Shown here: in pieces, positions 27,027 to 32,000 of the stretch | How the letters are laid out: each line of letters begins with the position of its first letter | How positions within the stretch are numbered: position 1 is the first letter of the stretch | Assembly: GCA_938028705.1 (NCBI GenBank) | Contig: CALIZI010000411.1 | Coordinates: 4,915-36,914, forward strand | Direction of reading: 5' to 3' | Length of the DNA: 32,000 nucleotides | Source of the DNA: an uncultured Saprospiraceae bacterium | GTDB taxonomy: Bacteria; Bacteroidota; Bacteroidia; Chitinophagales; Saprospiraceae | Notes under the pieces: generated by a model | Database searches by the model: none | What the model saw: only the letters and a program-made list of their open reading frames with translations | What the model was told of the DNA's origin: nothing | Made by a program: the position numbers and the translations under genes

Positions 27027-28529
27027 TCATTCCACTAAATAATTATCCTGACTAATTAATACCATCAGCTTATGGATATTTAACTCCTGATAAATCGCCT
27101 CAATCATGGTCGAATACTGTTTGACAAATCTTTCATTTTCTATTAGGCTGCCAAAAATATCCGGGATGCTTAAAAAGCTAAGTTGGTCTTGTTCGTATTG
27201 TTTGGCATGTTGGTGGAGTTCTTCTTTTCTTTCATCAATTATTTCAATTGGATGATTGTTTATATCCACACCTTTGTCGCTATAGTATGCCCAAGTTGCC
27301 AACACAAATGTTCCATATTTTATGCTGCCTCCTGCGAGCAAATTTTCTTGAATAGAAGGTATCAAGAATTTGGGTAATTTCGCTGAACTTTCAGAGCAAA
27401 TTCTACTGACACCATCTTTTATATTTGGATTTGCAAACCGTTCTTCTAAGCTATTTTTATAATCGTTTAAATCAATGCCTTCTATTTCACCTAATCGTGG
27501 AGTCACTTCTTTGTCCATAAATGCTCTCATAAAGGAGGCAAAAATATTGTCCTCCATACAAGCATTGATAGTAGCGTGTCCATGTACGGCTCCGGGAATC
27601 CCCAACACTGAATGTCCTGCATTTAACAAACGAATTTTCATCTTTTCGTAAGGCGTAACATCCGGCACAAACTGCACGCCCAATTTTTCGAGCGGAGGTC
27701 TTCCATTAGAAAAATTATCTTCGATGACCCATTGAATATAAGGTTCACAAACGATTGGCCAATCGTCTTTTAGTTGATAATTATTTTTTAAAAATTCAAT
27801 TGCCGATTTAGGCGTAACGGGCGTTATCCTATCGACCATAGAGTTTGGAAAACTAACTTCATTTTCTATCCATTTGAAAAGAGAAGGGTCTTGTTGCGCT
27901 GCAAAAGACAAAAGCATTTTACGAGCGACATCTCCATTGTGTTGAATATTATCACAAGACAATATGGTAAATGCGGGTAAGCCTTCATCACGCCGTTTTT
28001 TTAAGGCTGCCGTCAAAAAACCAAAAACGGTTTTGGGTTCGTTTGGATGCTGCAATTCATGTTGAATATCAGGATTATCAAAATTAAAATCTCCTGTGCT
28101 TGGATTGAAATTATAACCGCCTTCCGTAATGGTTAAGGAAACAATTTTGGTGTCGGGATGCGCCATTTTATCAATTGCCAATTCAGGTCTTTCAATAGCG
28201 AAAATATAATCTACTATAGAGCCAATAATTGCACAAGCGTCTTTCCCATCAGGATGTTGGGTAATGAGGGTATAAAGGCAATCTTGTTCCTTTAATACAT
28301 TAGCCATGTTCCGGTCTCCTTCCCTTAAACCGATACCACATATTCCCCAATCTGAATATTGCGTATCTCCAAGTAATTGATGAATATAATAGGCTTGATG
28401 AGAACGATGAAATCCACCAACACCGATATGGACGATACCCGATTTGACCGCATTTCTTTCATAAGTCGGACAAGCCAATCGCGATGCAAGGGAACTTATA
28501 TTTTGCTGATTTAATTGAATTAGACTCAT
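27027..28529 (-). CDS. Long-chain mannitol 2-dehydrogenase family oxidoreductase
   Basis: 500 aa. Motifs HIGVGGFHRSHQAYY, VSLTITEGGY, FTILSCDNIQHNG, MVDRITP, PYEKMKIRLLNAGHS. It is collinear with the mannitol/fructuronate dehydrogenase family. Confidence 0.85.
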   Translation of the reverse strand: MSLIQLNQQNISSLASRLACPTYERNAVKSGIVHIGVGGFHRSHQAYYIHQLLGDTQYSDWGICGIGLREGDRNMANVLKEQDCLYTLITQHPDGKDACAIIGSIVDYIFAIERPELAIDKMAHPDTKIVSLTITEGGYNFNPSTGDFNFDNPDIQHELQHPNEPKTVFGFLTAALKKRRDEGLPAFTILSCDNIQHNGDVARKMLLSFAAQQDPSLFKWIENEVSFPNSMVDRITPVTPKSAIEFLKNNYQLKDDWPIVCEPYIQWVIEDNFSNGRPPLEKLGVQFVPDVTPYEKMKIRLLNAGHSVLGIPGAVHGHATINACMEDNIFASFMRAFMDKEVTPRLGEIEGIDLNDYKNSLEERFANPNIKDGVSRICSESSAKLPKFLIPSIQENLLAGGSIKYGTFVLATWAYYSDKGVDINNHPIEIIDERKEELHQHAKQYEQDQLSFLSIPDIFGSLIENERFVKQYSTMIEAIYQELNIHKLMVLISQDNYLVE

Positions 28530-28538
28530 TGTATCATT

Positions 28539-28805
28539 TTCACATTTCGCTGAAAAACATTCTTAATAATTAAAATTCATAAAATCTTAGTTATCAATAT
28601 TTTATTTAATCATAAAAATAATTTAAATTGAAGCGACCTGTACTGACGACTTTAGCCGTCAAGTGTATTTTGTTTTAATTTTTAATTAATTATAAGTCAA
28701 TTACTTATAAATATGTTTTCGTTTTACGCGACGGCTAAAGTCGTCGGTACGGGGCATTTCGCTCCAATGTCATTTTTTTAATCTTGATTTCAGCGAAACG
28801 TGAAT
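28539..28805. mobile_element. MITE-like palindromic element, copy 2 (inverted relative to copy 1 and larger)
   Basis: Termini are TTCACATTTCGCTGAAA (28539-28555) and TTTCAGCGAAACGTGAAT (28788-28805). The inner arms are GTACTGACGACTTTAGCCGTCAAG (28640-28663) and GCGACGGCTAAAGTCGTCGGTAC (28728-28750). The first inner arm is the exact reverse complement of 914-937. Confidence 0.75.
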
Positions 28806-28809
28806 ATTA

Positions 28810-30264
28810 TTATTTAATATTTAATGACTTCCCTCTGTGCATTGCCCAGTAAGCTGCGATAAAATAGATGACCGTACAAGCAAAACCAATTTGATAAAAA
28901 GTTGCTCTATTTGAAATATAGCTTGCTTCGTCCGGGCTTGCTACCAATGTTTTTATTGCCAAAAATAACGTTAAGCCAAGTACGGCAAAAGCAATAATTT
29001 TTAAGCCTTTTGTAAATATCGAAGTGTCCTTAATCGTTTCGGATTCTTCTTCTTTCAATTTTTGGTGATATTTTTCCACTGCCAGATTGTATTCATTTTC
29101 TTTCTTTTCACCTTCAGGATATTTTTTATTTGCTCCATATCTACCCGCTAAAAAAGTGTAAACCGCTATCGTAAAAAACCAAGTTGGGATAAATAAATAA
29201 TAGAAAGACATGACATCAAGCATATTCAAACCAAAACCAAATATCAAACCCAATATCCATGACAAGACTGCCGGGCTACTATTTTTATAATCTTGAAATT
29301 TTGACCAATAACGGGTGTAGCCAATTTTAGGAAAAATCTGATGCTCTGCAAATACAATCGCTCCAACCGGAACGACCAATAAACCTGCATAAGTTAGCAA
29401 GGGCAATATCTGCGAAAACACAAAAGGAAAACAGGCAACAACGACCATCGCTGCTCCTACAATCATAGTTGTTTTTCTTCGGGATTGATTGGAGTAAACT
29501 GCTTGAGCCGCCAAACCTGCTCTATATAAATTGGTGATTGCAGTCGTCCAACCTGCTACAATCACAATCACAAAACCAGACCAACCTAAAGCATAAAAAG
29601 CAACATCGCCCGGGTCAAGCTGCACAATAGATTTGCCTAAAATCACCGCCGTACCAGCCCCCATAATTCCGGCTGCTATCCATGCGATATAATGCCCAAA
29701 TAACATTCCTGTACTTGTGGCGAGTCCATAAGATTTCTTTTTGGCAAAACGCAATAAAGCCATATCAATCAAACCAAAATGCGTAATCGTATTGGCTGCC
29801 CATCCAAAACCGATGACTTCTACCAATCCGATGCCCGATTCGCCATCACTATTTACGCCCGTCCAAATTGACTTATTTCCTATGTCAACAAAATCCGCCC
29901 ATCCTCCGGGAAGTGTAATGCCCAAAACATCTAAGGAAAGTGCGGGCATTAAAACAATTGCGCCGGATGCAAACATGGTGAATAACCACGGCGCACAAAT
30001 ACCGGAAAAGTCGGAAACGGCTTTGAAGCCATAAATTGCTACAAAGACGACGAATATTCCCACCAATAAAACAATCAATACAAACCACAAATTCGTCGGA
30101 TACCAATTCAGTTGTGCAGGAACGCCAAAGGCAAATCGAACAGCCGTAGAAGATACCGTAACCATTGCGGCAGAGATGACTGTGAAGATTAGAATATTTG
30201 CCCAGTTATATAATTTGGACATCGAATCTGACAAGTTTATCTCAAGTACCATAGTAGTTGACAC
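28810..30264 (-). CDS. NCS1-type (purine-cytosine permease-like) transporter with a C-terminal extension
   Basis: 484 aa and polytopic. It resembles CodB-type permeases (DMALLRFAKKKSYGLATSTGMLFGHYIAWIAAG). It has an extra Lys/Glu-rich linker plus 2 further TM segments at the C-terminus. The track start is GTG 30264; ATG 30252 is an alternative. Confidence 0.65.
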   Translation of the reverse strand: MSTTMVLEINLSDSMSKLYNWANILIFTVISAAMVTVSSTAVRFAFGVPAQLNWYPTNLWFVLIVLLVGIFVVFVAIYGFKAVSDFSGICAPWLFTMFASGAIVLMPALSLDVLGITLPGGWADFVDIGNKSIWTGVNSDGESGIGLVEVIGFGWAANTITHFGLIDMALLRFAKKKSYGLATSTGMLFGHYIAWIAAGIMGAGTAVILGKSIVQLDPGDVAFYALGWSGFVIVIVAGWTTAITNLYRAGLAAQAVYSNQSRRKTTMIVGAAMVVVACFPFVFSQILPLLTYAGLLVVPVGAIVFAEHQIFPKIGYTRYWSKFQDYKNSSPAVLSWILGLIFGFGLNMLDVMSFYYLFIPTWFFTIAVYTFLAGRYGANKKYPEGEKKENEYNLAVEKYHQKLKEEESETIKDTSIFTKGLKIIAFAVLGLTLFLAIKTLVASPDEASYISNRATFYQIGFACTVIYFIAAYWAMHRGKSLNIK

Positions 30265-30353
30265 TACAAAGCCACTTTTCAGCTATCAGCATAGCGATAG
30301 AGTTATGTCAACGGAAGTTCATTGACAGATTAGCCATTATTGATTGAGTTGGT

Positions 30354-32000
30354 TTATGCCAATCTCCGTGAATTTTCATGGGTTTTGAGCCTGTTGGCTT
30401 GTTGTTGTTGAATTTCCTTTTTGGGGCTTAGTCCTTGTAGAAGTTCTTTGACGGAGTGCGTATCATGCTGAATAAATGCGGCTTTTATTTTGTCCATTAA
30501 GAGGTCTATCCAAGATTGCTCTAAGTTTTTTCCGGTGAGCAATTCAATAGGTGCTTTGTTTTTTCTTTTTCCTCGTTTGAAGATGCGGTGGTTGTGATAA
30601 AATTTGACCAAATTGAGGAGTTCTTGAGAGACTTGTCCTCTTGAGGAGTTGATAAAGGGTTTGAGAATGGAGTTAAAGGTTTCCACTAAGGAGGATGCCT
30701 GTACGATTTGGTCAAGTGTTGTGAATACTTGTTCTTTGAGGCTTTCAAATGTATTGGTATTGGGTGCTTTTTGCTGATAATATTCTTGTAGGAGTTCTTG
30801 TGCGGCAAGGGCTTGTTGTTTGGCGTTCTGCTGTACTTTAGGCGAACGGCTTTGATAGGTTTTCTTGTGGTGTTGCCAATATAACATCCACAACCAGGAA
30901 GTCTGTGGCTCTAAAACATCTTGCAGTTCCTCATGCAGTTCGGTACATTTATCCATATAATGCAACAATTGTCCATTGTCGAGCAAGGTCTCAATATGTG
31001 TTAAATGCTTTTGGAGTTTTGGCAGTTCAAGTAAGGACAAGGCTTCGATGCACTCCCGGATAATACTTGTTGCTTTTGCTTTATCCCGCGGGATACCTTG
31101 TGAGGTAAACGGGCGTAGTTGTTGAATCATTTTAAAGTAATATTGGTCAAACCATTCCAAGCGGTCAAGTGCCTGCAAGGTCTCATATTTAGCGGCTTCC
31201 CATTCGCCTTCTATTTTCAAAGCGAACTCATAGCTTTTGGCCTTGATAAAACAAGTTGCTCTGCCGACTTCCTGTTCTTGACAAGTGTTTACTTTACGCT
31301 CCAGTTGGGAACGATAGCGACCTAAGCGAAAGGAAAGACCATGAAAAGTATCTGCACCAATCAGCGTTCCTTCGGGTAATTTTGCCATAGCTGCTTGCAT
31401 GGCTTTACCTTGGTCTTTTATGACTGCTTCGGGACGAACATTGTTATCAGACATGCGCTCAAGACTCGCTTCCCAGTCTGCACTACTCAAATTCCCCTCT
31501 GCCAGACGAATATCTAAAACCGCCATACTCTGGGCTTCTATCGTCACTAAGATAGCCTGTCCTCCGCTATAAATCTCATCGCATAAAAAGGTCACTAAAA
31601 GAGGACGAGCACTTCGGTGAGTCGAATCCACCACACTGCCTGCTATCGTCAATACCTCTGAAATAAAATTCGTTGAGCTATATTTTACCCCTAAACTTGA
31701 CCCAAAATTGGATAAACCATGCAGGGCACTCCGAGTCTCTACCTTCCCTTCTATAAAAAAACGCATGCAGCGAAGAACCTCCTCTAAAACCGACAACTCC
31801 TCATTTTGCGGACTGCCATATAGTCGCTCAAAACCTTCGCGTAAAATTTTACTTTGAGTATAGATAAATGTATGCGAAACATTGTATCTTAGCTCCAAGT
31901 CGGCTATCGTATAATCACGATAGCAAGGACCCAAGCCCGCTATCCCTAATTTAAGTCGAGTTGCTGCATCAATATCCGGACGACGAATAAATAATAATGG
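30354..32000 (-). CDS. Putative DDE-type transposase (IS family not assigned), N-terminus beyond the window end
   Basis: The track ORF is 526 aa from a TTG. By hand the frame stays open to base 32000 (..PLLFIRRPDIDAATRLKLGIAGLGPCY). It has an HTH-like N-terminal region, then LCDEIYSGGQAILVTIEAQSMAVLDIRLA ... VIKDQGKAM, resembling DDE transposase cores. Confidence 0.55.
   Translation of the reverse strand, partial: PLLFIRRPDIDAATRLKLGIAGLGPCYRDYTIADLELRYNVSHTFIYTQSKILREGFERLYGSPQNEELSVLEEVLRCMRFFIEGKVETRSALHGLSNFGSSLGVKYSSTNFISEVLTIAGSVVDSTHRSARPLLVTFLCDEIYSGGQAILVTIEAQSMAVLDIRLAEGNLSSADWEASLERMSDNNVRPEAVIKDQGKAMQAAMAKLPEGTLIGADTFHGLSFRLGRYRSQLERKVNTCQEQEVGRATCFIKAKSYEFALKIEGEWEAAKYETLQALDRLEWFDQYYFKMIQQLRPFTSQGIPRDKAKATSIIRECIEALSLLELPKLQKHLTHIETLLDNGQLLHYMDKCTELHEELQDVLEPQTSWLWMLYWQHHKKTYQSRSPKVQQNAKQQALAAQELLQEYYQQKAPNTNTFESLKEQVFTTLDQIVQASSLVETFNSILKPFINSSRGQVSQELLNLVKFYHNHRIFKRGKRKNKAPIELLTGKNLEQSWIDLLMDKIKAAFIQHDTHSVKELLQGLSPKKEIQQQQANRLKTHENSRRLA

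Overview
The window looks like a Bacteroidota chromosome segment. Evidence: a T9SS-type C-terminal sorting tail on a surface protein, signal-peptide or lipobox glycosidases, TAnnTTT-type promoter boxes, and no obvious Shine-Dalgarno use. All family calls are by-eye motif recognition; no searches were run. I support 23 coding regions plus 2 gene remnants. Core-like genes: Mn-type SOD, CopA P-type ATPase, TPR protein, NRDE-family and DinB-like pair, class-3-like aldehyde dehydrogenase, MoxR AAA+ ATPase, GH63/trehalase-like hydrolase, GH2 beta-galactosidase, mannitol 2-dehydrogenase-like enzyme, and an NCS1-like permease. Accessory and visibly more AT-rich: two tandem LRR surface proteins, three orphan proteins around moxR, a PemK/MazF toxin-antitoxin pair, a type II R-M pair, a RhuM-family gene, and a partial transposase at the right edge. 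I saw no rRNA, tRNA or CRISPR array. The most unusual content is non-coding. Nearly every intergenic gap is filled by a mosaic of palindromic or MITE-like elements. (a) Hairpins with different stems share the same A/T palindromic centre (TTTTGAAAA), with compensatory arm changes. (b) Inverted-repeat arms are built from tandem heptamers and abut or include start and stop codons. (c) Two elements carry 8-bp target-site duplications. (d) There is a loop-less 66-bp perfect palindrome. (e) There is an interleaved A-B-A'-B' repeat. Separately, three gene units are each bracketed by direct repeats with no recombinase in view: the TA pair, the RhuM gene and the ALDH gene. The TA pair sits between two diverged copies of the first 41 codons of the downstream glycosidase. 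I cannot name a single defined novel protein system. The best candidates are the repeat and cassette architecture and the orphan genes around moxR.
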